The notes: generated by a model from the letters alone, not told the origin. Positions 1 to 10,018 are shown, numbered from the stretch's first letter. The stretch is 64,000 nucleotides of DNA from Patescibacteria group bacterium (GCA_028688055.1 JAQTYZ010000002.1:132256-196255), one strand, 5' to 3'. Numbers and translations are program-made.

Positions 1-65
1 GGGGCTAGTCTGGTAAATTATGATGTCCGAAATCAAGCACACGAGACTATAAGGAGAAGAGACGA

Positions 66-251
66 ATGTGCAATTCGAAACGCTGCGACGATTGCCGCGG
101 TGAAGGTGCTCCATGCGTGAAGCCGTCCGAAGAACAATGCGATCATTGTCGATCGCAAAGCAATGAGATTGGCTGGGGCACTTTGGGTATCGTTGCGGCA
201 GCGGCGACAATTTTGGCGTTGCTCATTGTGGCGATCAGCCGTCTGTTCTAG
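66..251 (+). CDS. small Cys-rich protein with C-terminal transmembrane helix (hypothetical)
   Basis: 61-aa ORF with 6 Cys in the N-terminal 30 aa (CDDCRGEGAPC..CDHC) and a hydrophobic tail. AAGGAGA SD 7 nt upstream. Strong hairpin+T-run terminator follows. Lies in a GC-rich segment. Confidence 0.3.
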   Translation: MCNSKRCDDCRGEGAPCVKPSEEQCDHCRSQSNEIGWGTLGIVAAAATILALLIVAISRLF

Positions 252-267
252 GCGGTGGGCGACTTTA

Positions 268-317
268 GCGCGTTCTCGGTGTTTTCCAAAGGGAAGCCGA
301 GAACGCCCTTTTTTTAT
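268..317 (+). terminator. rho-independent terminator (10-bp GC stem + T-run)
   Basis: gcgttctcgg...ccgagaacgc stem followed by TTTTTTTATT. Confidence 0.5.
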
Positions 318-534
318 TCAAAAAACACCTCGAAGGTGTTGTTATTTATCATTAAATTCAGGCCACAATTGATTGACAAAACCACTAAAATAAGCTACCT
401 TTTCAAGTTGCAGAATCAGCGTGATTTTGCGCTCCCGTCACGGCAGGGGAAATACTGCCCAGGTCGCTGCTCTGGCAGGGCCGCAGTTCTTTGAACGGCG
501 CGCGACTTTGGTCGGCGCTATGTAGGAGGTTGTT

Positions 535-1434
535 ATGGATCTCGGGAAGTTAGTTAAAGCTGATTCACACGCTGGGGTGCTGGTACTTAGCCCAGCCCAC
601 AGTAGAGCCATGATCAGATTTATTGGCAGTAGCCTGTCGACATTCTCAGTGCCTAGTGAACGTGAGTGGCGAACAAGTGCCATCCCGTTTGACACCAAGA
701 GTATTGCCGGGCCACTCGTCGATTCAGTTGAGGTTTGTGAGGTGATTGCCTTGGGTGTGGCTGATCATCAGCAGAGTGGGACGTTCATTCTCGTCCCGGT
801 TTATTTCACGAGTCAGCAGTGTTCCGTTAAGCTGGATCGACCGTTTGTACCTCGCTCTGGCTGTTTGGCTGAGATTATCACTGTGGATCCCGAACACGTC
901 AGTCGGTTCGCGCTCTCCTACCTGCGGGTTCAGGTAAGTGGCTCGGAGGAAGAAGCTGACCAGGTCTTTACCACTCAGCCCGATGTCCCCGGCACGTTTT
1001 ACGTGCCCGACAGCAATTTGCTTTGTCGGTTTCTGGTTGGTCGCGCGGAGTTAAGTGAGCTCCAACAGGCCGCGATTGAAACGACGGCCGAAGCTTCGGC
1101 GGCCGAACAACTGCGTCAGTTAGAGCAGTTGTCGAATACACTGGCTGTTTGGCCGAGCGAAAGTGGCGATATGGCCAATCAGGTTGAGGTGTACATTAAT
1201 CAGCTTCAGTCTTCTCTGAGCGGTGCCAACTTTAATGCCAGAATCGCTACCGCACAATTGAAAAATATTCTGGACATGACTTTGCGCATTGAAGACTATG
1301 CTAGGACCAACCTAGCGCCGCCCCGCTGGCGTCTTTTCCGCCGCCTCCGGCATCAAGCCGCGATGATTTCGTGGTTTTTGTCCCACGTCGCTCAAATCAG
1401 GTTTGGCATTGAGGATCTTGACCAGCATCTTTGA
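535..1434 (+). CDS. hypothetical protein (GC-rich island A)
   Basis: 299-aa ORF, ~52% GC against a ~38% background. AGGAGG SD 6 nt upstream. TTGACA-17-TAAAAT promoter at ~373-402 and a structured ~120-nt leader. No recognisable family. Confidence 0.5.
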   Translation: MDLGKLVKADSHAGVLVLSPAHSRAMIRFIGSSLSTFSVPSEREWRTSAIPFDTKSIAGPLVDSVEVCEVIALGVADHQQSGTFILVPVYFTSQQCSVKLDRPFVPRSGCLAEIITVDPEHVSRFALSYLRVQVSGSEEEADQVFTTQPDVPGTFYVPDSNLLCRFLVGRAELSELQQAAIETTAEASAAEQLRQLEQLSNTLAVWPSESGDMANQVEVYINQLQSSLSGANFNARIATAQLKNILDMTLRIEDYARTNLAPPRWRLFRRLRHQAAMISWFLSHVAQIRFGIEDLDQHL

Positions 1435-1456
1435 CAAGATCTCGTAACGACATCGA

Positions 1457-1490
1457 CCGGGAAGCGCCCCTGGCTTCCCGGATTTTTTTT
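1457..1490 (+). terminator. rho-independent terminator
   Basis: ccgggaagc-gcccctg-gcttcccgg hairpin + TTTTTTTT. Confidence 0.55.
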
Positions 1491-1647
1491 ATCAATAATA
1501 TCATCCCTGACATCCCTTCGTTCTGCCGGTGGTTTTTGAGTTGACGCCACGCGCTCGCATTGGTTATGCCGAACTTGCTTGCCCCGCTGTGGCGGTGGTT
1601 TCGACATCCCATAGATTTTTGAAATCCATCCATTTCTTGCTAGATAC

Positions 1648-1682
1648 CAAAAAATCGCCGCTGGGGCGATTTTATTTTTTAA
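1648..1682 (-). terminator. bidirectional intrinsic terminator downstream of the tRNA pair
   Basis: AAAAAATCGCC-gctgg-GGCGATTTTATTTTTT. The same hairpin family recurs at 29427-29456. Confidence 0.5.
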
Positions 1683-1685
1683 AAC

Positions 1686-1762
1686 TGGTGGGCGATAGTG
1701 GACTCGAACCACTGACCTTTACAATGTCAATGTAACGCTCTAACCAACTGAGCTAATCGCCC
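1686..1762 (-). tRNA. tRNA-Val (anticodon GAC)
   Basis: Reverse complement GGGCGATTAGCTCAGTTGGTTAGAGCG..TTACA-TTGACAT-TGTAA..GGTTCGAGTCC..CGCCCACCA. Cloverleaf with anticodon loop TTGACAT. CCA encoded. Confidence 0.85.
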
Positions 1763-1805
1763 ATGACCCATATCTTAATTGTAAAAACATATTTTGGCAA
1801 TAACT

Positions 1806-1882
1806 TGGTGCGCCCACCTGGACTCGAACCAGGGACATCCACCTTATAAGAGTGGCGCTCTAACCAGCTGAGCTATGGGCGC
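1806..1882 (-). tRNA. tRNA-Ile (anticodon UAU, read from loop CTTATAA)
   Basis: Reverse complement GCGCCCATAGCTCAGCTGGTTAGAGCG-CCACT-CTTATAA-GGTGG..GGTTCGAGTCC..GGGCGCACCA. Anticodon stem has one G-U pair. Discriminator A. CCA encoded. Confidence 0.6.
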
Positions 1883-1910
1883 AAAAAGCTTTTATATTAT
1901 AGCAATCAAA

Positions 1911-3047
1911 TTATTTTTGACCAAGCCGCTCTTTAATTTTGGCAATGACTTCGGTTTCCGCATCAGCTAAGGTTTGGTTGCTAATTTGAAACTGCGCACT
2001 ATTTTTTGATCCTTCCGGATTAAACGTTGAGGCTAAGTATAGGGCATTATGGCCTTTTAGGGTGTGGACCAACACATTTATGCTACCGTTGAGCTGATAA
2101 ATTAGCACGACAATTTCGACGCCGGGCATAAAGGAGATTAATTCATCAATCACATCGGACAAATCTTTTTGGTCAGCCTTAGCCTCGACAAAATCGTTAT
2201 CAGTTAGCAGCGACCAGATCAATTTACTGTCGCCGTCGTTGCGCAATCTTGCCAAAACGCGACCCCAAAGATTAAGTGTCGCTAGGCTGCGGCTGCGGTA
2301 GAGATTTTTAATGATGGTGTCGCGATCAGCCTCGGCGGTCATGAGCGCGCTGGCGACGCCCAGGGTCGTCGGGGTTACGTTCGGGGTTTTGAAACTTTTG
2401 GTTTTAGCCACTAAGCCGGTTAGCAAACACGTCGCAATTTCCGCGTCCAATAGATTTTTATCAATTGAGTTTATCAAGTCAAATAAAATTTCCGACGTGG
2501 CCACCGCATTGAGGTTGGTAATATTAATTTGACCATATTGTTCGTTATCGGAATGGTGATCAATATTAATGATATTGGTATCAAAGAAAAATTGGGTGAA
2601 GTTTTGGTAAATGGCGCCCAAGGCATTGAGGTCGGCGGTATCAAGGGTGATGATTAAATCATACTTGAATTGCGAACTTTCGATTTTGACCTTTTCTTCA
2701 TTCAAGCCGCCGGTTTTCGGAGTAATAAAAATTTTTAATTTATTAGCTTCAAAGTTATAGCTAAATTCTTCAATTTGCTCTTGGTCCGCGTCAACGGTAA
2801 TAATTAATTTTTGTAGCGTTTCTAGTTTGGGATTGATAATCTCCGCGTTCGGCAAAAATTTTAAGTTTTTCGGCAAAACAAAATCAGGGCAGATGATGTC
2901 GACCAGTTTATTTTGCTTTTTTAAAACCGAGTATAATCCCAAGGCAGCCGCGACCGCGTCAATGGTAAACTCTTTCTTAAAAACGATTAAAACGTGGCTA
3001 CTTTTTTTGATTAATTCGGTAAATTGTTGGGTTTCGTTGAGCGCCAT
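1911..3047 (-). CDS. DHH-family phosphoesterase (NrnA/RecJ-like)
   Basis: 378 aa. DHH motif (INIDHHSDN) and downstream DHHA1-like region. Confidence 0.75.
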   Translation of the reverse strand: MALNETQQFTELIKKSSHVLIVFKKEFTIDAVAAALGLYSVLKKQNKLVDIICPDFVLPKNLKFLPNAEIINPKLETLQKLIITVDADQEQIEEFSYNFEANKLKIFITPKTGGLNEEKVKIESSQFKYDLIITLDTADLNALGAIYQNFTQFFFDTNIINIDHHSDNEQYGQINITNLNAVATSEILFDLINSIDKNLLDAEIATCLLTGLVAKTKSFKTPNVTPTTLGVASALMTAEADRDTIIKNLYRSRSLATLNLWGRVLARLRNDGDSKLIWSLLTDNDFVEAKADQKDLSDVIDELISFMPGVEIVVLIYQLNGSINVLVHTLKGHNALYLASTFNPEGSKNSAQFQISNQTLADAETEVIAKIKERLGQK

Positions 3048-3175
3048 TATCCTTATTGATATATCATGTGCTAAAGCAGAATGAATCGATAATCATAATG
3101 TTTAGCGCCAATTGTGTCAAGTGTTTTGGCTAAATGACGTTAAAACTTGCGAAAAACGCTTAAAACCGTTAAAAT

Positions 3176-5815
3176 ATGGCCATGAAACAAGGTGAAATTT
3201 CTAAAGTTTATCAAGCGTCTTCTATTGAAGACGCGATCTATAAGACTTGGGAAGAGTCTGGTTTTTTTAACCCTGATAAGCTACCGGGGCAAAGAAAAAA
3301 ATCTTTCAGTATTGCGATGCCGCCGCCAAACGCGACGGGAACTTTGCATTTGGGTCATGCGGTGATGTTGGCGATTCAGGATTTGGTTATCCGCTATCAG
3401 CGGATGAGCGGCGCTAAGGCGCTGTGGCTGCCGGGAACGGATCATGCCGCGATTGCCACTAATGCCAAGGTGGAAAAAATTTTGAAGGAAACTGTTAATA
3501 AAACTCGTTTTGATCTTGGCCGTGAGGCGTTTGTTCAGCGGGTTAATGATTTTATTATTGAATCGCAAAACACTATTACCAATCAAGTTCGCAAAATGGG
3601 CTCAAGTTGTGATTGGTCGCGTCAGCGCTATACCCTTGATGCTGGTTTGAGTAATGCCGTGGCCACCGCGTTTGTTGAAATGTACCATGATGGGCTGATT
3701 TATCGCGGTGAACGAATTGTTAATTGGTGTCCGCATTGCGCTTCCACGCTGGCTGACGATGAAGTTGAGTATCAAGAAGAGCAAACACCATTTTATTATT
3801 TTAAATATGGACCGGTGGTGATTGGTACGGCGCGGCCGGAAACTAAATTTGGCGACAAGGTTATCATTGTCCATCCCAACGATAGTCGCTATCAAGCTTT
3901 GGTCGGCCAGGAGCTGGAAGTTGATTGGATTTTAGGCAAAATTAAAGCCCGCGTGATTGCTGATGAGGCTACCGAAATTGATATGGGTTCCGGCGCAATG
4001 ACGATCACGCCCGGCCACAGCTTTATCGATTTTGAATTGGCGCAAAAGTATGGTATCCCCATCGAAAAAATTATTGATGAGCAGGGTAAGCTGACAGCGG
4101 CGGCCGGCACCTTGGCCGGACTGGATGTTAAAACCGCGCGCCAAAAAGTCGTCGAGATTTTGCAATCAAAAAATTTAGTTGACCATATTGACGAAAATTA
4201 TACTCATAATCTATCGGTCTGTTATCGTTGTGGTACGGCGGTGGAGCCGTTGGTGTCCAAGCAGTGGTTTGTTAACGTCAACGCGCCGGTTAAAAAATTT
4301 AAAGGTCAAAGCTTAAAAGAGCGCTCACTGGCAGTAGTTCGTAATAACGAAATTAAAATAATTCCCGAGCGGTTTGAAAAAACTTATTTTCACTGGATGG
4401 AAAATTTGCGCGACTGGTGCATCTCGCGCCAGATTTGGTTTGGCCATCGGATTCCGGTTTGGTATCGAAATGGTAAAGCGCAAATAGCAAACGGCAAATC
4501 GTCTGAAGAAATCTATGTTGGTGTATCGAAACCAACCGGGGAAGGATGGACTCAAGATCCCGACACGCTCGACACTTGGTTTTCGTCAGGCTTGTGGACT
4601 TTTTCAACCCTTGGTTGGCCGGAGCAAACCGTTGACCTAAAAACTTTTCATCCGACGTCGTTAATGGAAACTGGCTATGATATTTTGTTTTTCTGGATTG
4701 CGCGCATGATTTTAATGACCACTTATTTAATCGAAGATATTCCGTTTGAAACCGTTTACTTACACGGTTTGGTGCGCGATGAGCAGGGGCGGAAAATGAG
4801 TAAGTCGTTGGAAAATACTATTAATCCGCTTGATACGATTGCCAAATATGGCGCCGATGCCACGCGTCTGAGTCTGATTATCGGTACGACGCCAGGCAAC
4901 GATGTTAATTTGGGTGAAGCGAAAATCGCCGGTTATCGCAATTTTGTTAATAAGCTCTGGAATATTTCGCGTTATATCTTAATGACTGTTGAAAATCCGC
5001 AAACGCTTGACCAGCGCCCGCAGCCCAAGACTTTGGCCGATGCGTGGATTTTAGCGGAACTTGATTTATTGATTGTCACTGCCACTGATAATTTGGATAA
5101 GTATAATTTTTCCGCCGTCGGCGAAAAAATTTACGAATTTACTTGGAGCAAATTGGCGGACTGGTATGTTGAAGTGGCTAAAATTGAAAAAGAAAAAGAT
5201 GAAATTTTGTGTTATGTTCTGACGCAGTTGTTAAAACTTTGGCATCCCTTTACACCGTTTGTTACTGAAGCGATTTGGCAAGAATTAAACCCCGCTGAAT
5301 TGTTAATCGTGGCGGCCTGGCCTCAGACATCCGCTAAGGTTGATAAAAATGTTCTCAATGATTTTGGCTTAGTCAAAGATGTCATTACGGCCATTCGAAA
5401 TCTTCGTTCTGAAAGTAAAATTGCCGCGGGTAAAAAAATTAAAGCTATAATTATTTCTAAGCAAGCCAAAATTTTAACCCCACAAGCGGAAATTATCAAA
5501 AGTTTAGCCCGGTTGCAAGATTTAGAAATTGTTGAAACCGGCGACCAGCCCAGTCAAGCCTTGTCGGCCGTCGTTGGTGGCACTGAGATTTATTTGCCGG
5601 TTTCTGATATGATAGATATTGAGCAGGAGACCAAAAGATTAACGGCCGAAGCCCAACAATTGAACAATTATCTTGAAAGTTTGAACAAAAAATTAAGCAA
5701 CAAAGACTTTGTGAAACGCGCACCAGCAGAAGTGGTGAAAGCCGAAATGGCCAAGCTTGAAGCCAGTCGCGAGCAACTGGCTAAAATAAGTGAGCAATTA
5801 AAAACTCTAACATAG
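3176..5815 (+). CDS. valS: valyl-tRNA synthetase
   Basis: 879 aa. HIGH motif (PPPNATGTLHLGHA), KMSKS, class I editing domain, C-terminal coiled coil. Confidence 0.95.
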   Translation: MAMKQGEISKVYQASSIEDAIYKTWEESGFFNPDKLPGQRKKSFSIAMPPPNATGTLHLGHAVMLAIQDLVIRYQRMSGAKALWLPGTDHAAIATNAKVEKILKETVNKTRFDLGREAFVQRVNDFIIESQNTITNQVRKMGSSCDWSRQRYTLDAGLSNAVATAFVEMYHDGLIYRGERIVNWCPHCASTLADDEVEYQEEQTPFYYFKYGPVVIGTARPETKFGDKVIIVHPNDSRYQALVGQELEVDWILGKIKARVIADEATEIDMGSGAMTITPGHSFIDFELAQKYGIPIEKIIDEQGKLTAAAGTLAGLDVKTARQKVVEILQSKNLVDHIDENYTHNLSVCYRCGTAVEPLVSKQWFVNVNAPVKKFKGQSLKERSLAVVRNNEIKIIPERFEKTYFHWMENLRDWCISRQIWFGHRIPVWYRNGKAQIANGKSSEEIYVGVSKPTGEGWTQDPDTLDTWFSSGLWTFSTLGWPEQTVDLKTFHPTSLMETGYDILFFWIARMILMTTYLIEDIPFETVYLHGLVRDEQGRKMSKSLENTINPLDTIAKYGADATRLSLIIGTTPGNDVNLGEAKIAGYRNFVNKLWNISRYILMTVENPQTLDQRPQPKTLADAWILAELDLLIVTATDNLDKYNFSAVGEKIYEFTWSKLADWYVEVAKIEKEKDEILCYVLTQLLKLWHPFTPFVTEAIWQELNPAELLIVAAWPQTSAKVDKNVLNDFGLVKDVITAIRNLRSESKIAAGKKIKAIIISKQAKILTPQAEIIKSLARLQDLEIVETGDQPSQALSAVVGGTEIYLPVSDMIDIEQETKRLTAEAQQLNNYLESLNKKLSNKDFVKRAPAEVVKAEMAKLEASREQLAKISEQLKTLT

Positions 5816-5817
5816 GT

Positions 5818-7008
5818 ATGGCCGATCAAGCCGAAAAAATTAAAGAAGTGCTAACGCGTGGCGTGGAAAATATTTATCCCAGCCCTGAGGCGTTGGGAAA
5901 AGTTTTAGCGTCCGGCAAAAAAATTAAACTTTATACTGGCATTGACCCCACCGGTGATTTACATATCGGCCACGGCGTGGTTTTGAATAAATTGCGTCAA
6001 TTTCAGCAGCTTGGTCATCACGTTATTGTTTTAATTGGTGATTTTACCGCTACGGTTGGTGACCCGACTGATAAAGCCGCCACCCGGAAACCTCTGACCA
6101 AAAAACAAGTTTTGACTAATGCTAAAAATTATAAAGCTTTAATTGGTAAGACCCTTGATTTAAAAAAAACTGAATTCCGTTTTAATTCAGCCTGGCTGTC
6201 AAAAATGAAGGTGGATAATTTTTTTGAATTAATTTCGCATTTTACCGTCCAGCGTTTGTTGGAGCGGGACATGTTTGCCAATCGTCTTAAAGAAGGTCGA
6301 CCGATCCATGCCCATGAATTTTTATACCCAGTCTTGGTCGGTTATGATTGTGTCGCGCTTGACGTTGATTTAGAGCTTGGTGGTAATGATCAAACTTTTA
6401 ATATGTTGGCGGGCCGGACTTTAATGAAATCATTAAAGAACAAGGAAAAATTTGTCATGGCAACCAAGCTATTGGTTGATCCAACGGGCAAGAAAATGGG
6501 CAAGACCGAAGGTAATATGGTTAATTTGGATGATTCACCTCAAGATATTTATGGCAAAGTGATGAGCTGGCCTGACACGTTGATTGTGACAGCGATGGAA
6601 ATTGCCACCGACATACCAATGGCTGAAGTTAAACAGGTTGGAAATGAGCTTGCGGCCGGTAAGAATCCAAAAATTTTGAAAATGTTATTAGCCTACAAGC
6701 TCGTTGAAAAATATCATTCAACGACCGAAGCGATTAAGGCCGAAGAAAATTTTAAGCAGGTTTTTGAAGAAGGCCTTAACCCTGATGAGATTCCCGTTTT
6801 TAAAATTAAAACCCGAAGGTTAGTTGATGTTTTAGTTGAAACTAAATTAGCGTCATCGCGAACTGAAGCGCGCCGTTTAATTGTTCAAGGGGGGATTAAA
6901 GTTGATACGAAAAAAGTAACGGACGAAAATTTTGTCATTAGTAAACTCGATGCCGACGGCGTCGTGATTCAAAAAGGCAAACGTCATTTTGCCAAAATTT
7001 TAAAATAA
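5818..7008 (+). CDS. tyrS: tyrosyl-tRNA synthetase
   Basis: 396 aa. GIDPTGDLHIGHG (HIGH), KMGKT (KMSKS variant), C-terminal S4 RNA-binding domain. Confidence 0.85.
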   Translation: MADQAEKIKEVLTRGVENIYPSPEALGKVLASGKKIKLYTGIDPTGDLHIGHGVVLNKLRQFQQLGHHVIVLIGDFTATVGDPTDKAATRKPLTKKQVLTNAKNYKALIGKTLDLKKTEFRFNSAWLSKMKVDNFFELISHFTVQRLLERDMFANRLKEGRPIHAHEFLYPVLVGYDCVALDVDLELGGNDQTFNMLAGRTLMKSLKNKEKFVMATKLLVDPTGKKMGKTEGNMVNLDDSPQDIYGKVMSWPDTLIVTAMEIATDIPMAEVKQVGNELAAGKNPKILKMLLAYKLVEKYHSTTEAIKAEENFKQVFEEGLNPDEIPVFKIKTRRLVDVLVETKLASSRTEARRLIVQGGIKVDTKKVTDENFVISKLDADGVVIQKGKRHFAKILK

Positions 7009-7012
7009 TCAT

Positions 7013-7372
7013 ATGGCCAAAATTTTAATAATCGACGACGACCAGGCCGTCGTTAGTAATTTAGTGCAGGCTCTTAAAGATAAACACGAGGTTCTCACCG
7101 TTGCCAGCGGGCAAGAGGGATTAGCTCAGGCCAGCAGCCAGCAGCCGGATTTAATAATTTTAGACGTGATGTTGCCTGATTTAAACGGCATTGAAGTTTT
7201 AAAGGCCTTGAGCCGTGACATTAAAACTAACAATATTAATGTTCTAATTTTAACCAACCTAAGCGACCATGATACGGTTAGTAAAATCATCGCCGCGGGT
7301 GGGCGCGAATATCTAGTCAAAGCCGATTTATCAATTAATGAGATTACCGAAAAAATCGAAAGCCTGCTGTAA
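7013..7372 (+). CDS. single-domain response regulator (CheY-like receiver)
   Basis: 119 aa. ILIIDDD..DLIILDVMLPDLNG..K receiver signature. Confidence 0.85.
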   Translation: MAKILIIDDDQAVVSNLVQALKDKHEVLTVASGQEGLAQASSQQPDLIILDVMLPDLNGIEVLKALSRDIKTNNINVLILTNLSDHDTVSKIIAAGGREYLVKADLSINEITEKIESLL

Positions 7373-7512
7373 AACCAGCTAAAATTTATTATCATTAAGG
7401 TTGACAATGGTCAGCCTTTTTGGTATAGCTATATTAGTAGTATGTTCCAACTTGGGGCAGTTTCCGTTTCAACCGTACGGCCATGGAGGTCCGTACATCG
7501 TAGGAGGGTGTT

Positions 7513-8145
7513 TTGAATTATTTACGCAGGGTTCAAAGAAGTCTTCCCAGTCGTCGACCGGAAGCAAATACGGTCGCAAGCGAAGAGCGAGATGAAGGAG
7601 ATCTCGCACCTGAGCTCACGGACGGTTCCGACCGTGATTCTGTCATCAAGGCATTTACCATCAGACTTACTGAGTGTCTTGCCGAGATGAAGGCGCGCGA
7701 TCGGTGTCGAATCAAACTTTGGCGAAGTCTGCTAGGCTTACGCCGGACCGCCGAAGAGTTCGAGATCACCGCTTCGGAGATCATTGGGGAGCTGGCTCGT
7801 CAGGCCGGCATCAATATCGATCTGGCTGTGCTCAGTCAGGAGGTCGTACTCGACCAACCCGTCGGTAAGATCGAAGAGAATCCGAGCGAGGTCATTGCCG
7901 AAATGTTTCGGACACTCCCGACGCTGCCACAATTCCACGATTTTTCGTTGGATGACCCGTGGCAATATGGGGTTGCCCACGACGATCGCGGCATTGGCTG
8001 CATCGGTGGCTGGTTTGCCCGGCCCGGTGATGAAACCTTTGGGTTTCACATTGTGACGAAACCGTCATATGTCGGTATGCCTTCCGGCGATAACTCCCAG
8101 CCACGCGACGAACGGGGACGATTCGTCTCCACCAACATCGCCTAA
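7513..8145 (+). CDS. hypothetical protein (GC-rich island B, TTG start)
   Basis: 210-aa ORF, ~55% GC. AGGAGGG SD. TTGACA promoter at 7402. Own terminator at 8163-8199. Confidence 0.45.
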   Translation: MNYLRRVQRSLPSRRPEANTVASEERDEGDLAPELTDGSDRDSVIKAFTIRLTECLAEMKARDRCRIKLWRSLLGLRRTAEEFEITASEIIGELARQAGINIDLAVLSQEVVLDQPVGKIEENPSEVIAEMFRTLPTLPQFHDFSLDDPWQYGVAHDDRGIGCIGGWFARPGDETFGFHIVTKPSYVGMPSGDNSQPRDERGRFVSTNIA

Positions 8146-8162
8146 GCCGAACCTTTGATACT

Positions 8163-8199
8163 GGACCGAGAGCGCGCCAACTCTCGGTCCTCCTTTTTT
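8163..8199 (+). terminator. rho-independent terminator
   Basis: ggaccgagag-cgcgccaa-ctctcggtcc + TTTTTT. Confidence 0.55.
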
Positions 8200-8200
8200 A

Positions 8201-8230
8201 AATAAAAAAAGGCAGGGGGTAAACCCTGCC
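8201..8230 (-). terminator. minus-strand intrinsic terminator
   Basis: ggcaggggg-taaa-ccctgcc preceded on the + strand by an A-run, which is a T-run on the minus strand. Distal terminator for the GT4 gene. Confidence 0.4.
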
Positions 8231-8425
8231 TAGTGAAGGTTGCCGCTTCGACCTTTGGCAACTTAAAATTGCATCAATTCTCCGGTTCAACCGGAATTTC
8301 CATATCGCCAAACCAGCAAAATAGCTAGGCCTCTAAAACACTATGGTTTGTGGCTTTTAGGTCAGCGTTTTGCCGGTTTTTTGATTACCCCCTGCATCTA
8401 ATAAGACGCAAAAAAAGGAATTTTA

Positions 8426-9553
8426 TTACATTAAGGTTTGGTAGATTTTAATCAATTTTTCAAAGGCCGTTGGCCAAGTTTTAGCTAAGCAATTTTCACG
8501 CGCTTGCTGCGACATTTTAGCTCTTGTTATTTTTATTTTTAACAAATCTAGTCCGCGATTAAAATCATAGGCATTAGGTTTCAAAACAAAACCGGAAATT
8601 TTATCTTTAATAATTTCTTGCGGCCCGCCAACGTTAGTAACTAAGCAGGGAAGTCCTGACGCCTGAGCTTCCAGTACGGCGTTACCAAAAGTGTCGGTTC
8701 GTGACGGAAAAATAAAAACATCAGCCGAGGCATAAACTTCGCTCAATTTTTCGCCGGTGAGTTGGCCAAAAAATTTGGCCGTTGGCAATTTTTTTTGTAA
8801 CTCTTTTTTGTCGGGTCCGTCGCCAACCAGCCATAATTCATAATCCTTTCTGGTTTGCCAAATGGCCGCTAACAAATCCAGATTTTTTTCCGTTGATAAT
8901 CGGCCGACATAAAGTGCGACTAGTTTATTGTCCTTTGGTCTTTTGCTTTTTTGTGGGTTAAATAGTGTCGTATCAATGCCGCGTGGGAATAGTTTAACTG
9001 GCTTATTAAATTTTTTTATTTTTTCCGCCGTGGCTAGGCTTGGCGCCAATATTAAATTAACATTGCTGTAAAACCATTTTAAAGCCTGCTCGGTTGATAA
9101 TTGCGAGAAGTTAATTAGTGAGTTTTGGAGCTTGTCCGGAAATTTTTTTAAAATTTTCTGCGCTAAATTTTTAGCGTACTCATCAAGCTGAGTGTGAAAA
9201 ACGCCAATTTTTGGTTTCGTGTTTTTAGCCAAAATAATTCTGGCCGCAATGCCCAGCGAGCCGGGCGTGGCCAGGTGAAAAATGTCGTAGTTACCAGCTA
9301 ATAATTTTTGTTTAAAACCCGCTGGGGCAAATTTTAGATCAAAGGGTGGTAAATCGGGGTAGTATTTAATTGGTAAAGCAGCGGGGAATTCAAAAATATT
9401 TACTGATGCAATTTTTTTGGTCGTTAGTTTTTTACCAATCGTAAAAATATCTAACTCAATATTTTGGCTTTGGCAATATTGGGCAAATTGCTGATAGGTA
9501 CGGCTGACGCCGTTGGTGGCCGTATAGCTGTCGGTGATAAGCGCAATTTTCAT
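8426..9553 (-). CDS. glycosyltransferase family 4 (GT-B fold)
   Basis: 375 aa. C-terminal EAQASGLPCLVTNVGG motif typical of GT4/GT1 retaining glycosyltransferases. Confidence 0.85.
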   Translation of the reverse strand: MKIALITDSYTATNGVSRTYQQFAQYCQSQNIELDIFTIGKKLTTKKIASVNIFEFPAALPIKYYPDLPPFDLKFAPAGFKQKLLAGNYDIFHLATPGSLGIAARIILAKNTKPKIGVFHTQLDEYAKNLAQKILKKFPDKLQNSLINFSQLSTEQALKWFYSNVNLILAPSLATAEKIKKFNKPVKLFPRGIDTTLFNPQKSKRPKDNKLVALYVGRLSTEKNLDLLAAIWQTRKDYELWLVGDGPDKKELQKKLPTAKFFGQLTGEKLSEVYASADVFIFPSRTDTFGNAVLEAQASGLPCLVTNVGGPQEIIKDKISGFVLKPNAYDFNRGLDLLKIKITRAKMSQQARENCLAKTWPTAFEKLIKIYQTLM

Positions 9554-9577
9554 ACCTCTCCATTATATCATTAAACT

Positions 9578-10018
9578 TTGACAGCCCACGCCGCTGGCGA
9601 TATAATAGACTTGTTTATGGCTGCCTTAAATCGACACAACTTAATCATTGCTTTAACTCTAGCGTCTTTTGTCTATGTGGCGATTTTTGGGCTGAGTATG
9701 GGGATGAATATGAATAATCAGGGCCAAATGACTAATTGTCCGTTTATGTCTGAAGGCGCTTCAATTTGTCCAATGACTATTGGTGATCATGTCTCGGCCT
9801 GGGAAACTATCTTAATGTATTTAACTGTGACAATTGGTTTTGTCTGGCTCGGAATAATTATGTCGGTAGTTTTGTTTATTTTGCCAACCCTGCTATCGCC
9901 GCCTAATTTTTGTCGTTTCCATTTGGCACGATTTTTTGATTTTTCTGAAACTAAAATTTTTGATTTTCTCCGTTTGGCTTTTGCGGACGGTATCTTACAT
10001 TCTCGAATTTACGCCTAA
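9578..10018 (+). CDS. hypothetical membrane protein
   Basis: 146 aa with 3-4 predicted TM helices. Confidence 0.45.
   Translation: MTAHAAGDIIDLFMAALNRHNLIIALTLASFVYVAIFGLSMGMNMNNQGQMTNCPFMSEGASICPMTIGDHVSAWETILMYLTVTIGFVWLGIIMSVVLFILPTLLSPPNFCRFHLARFFDFSETKIFDFLRLAFADGILHSRIYA

Noticed and set aside
3281-4607. Minus-strand ORFs (3281..3586, 3602..3895, 3892..4110, 3932..4165, 4325..4555, 4353..4607) inside valS
   Set aside because: They lie entirely antisense within a confidently identified valS with HIGH/KMSKS motifs. They have no SD or promoter and low-complexity composition. These are typical shadow ORFs.
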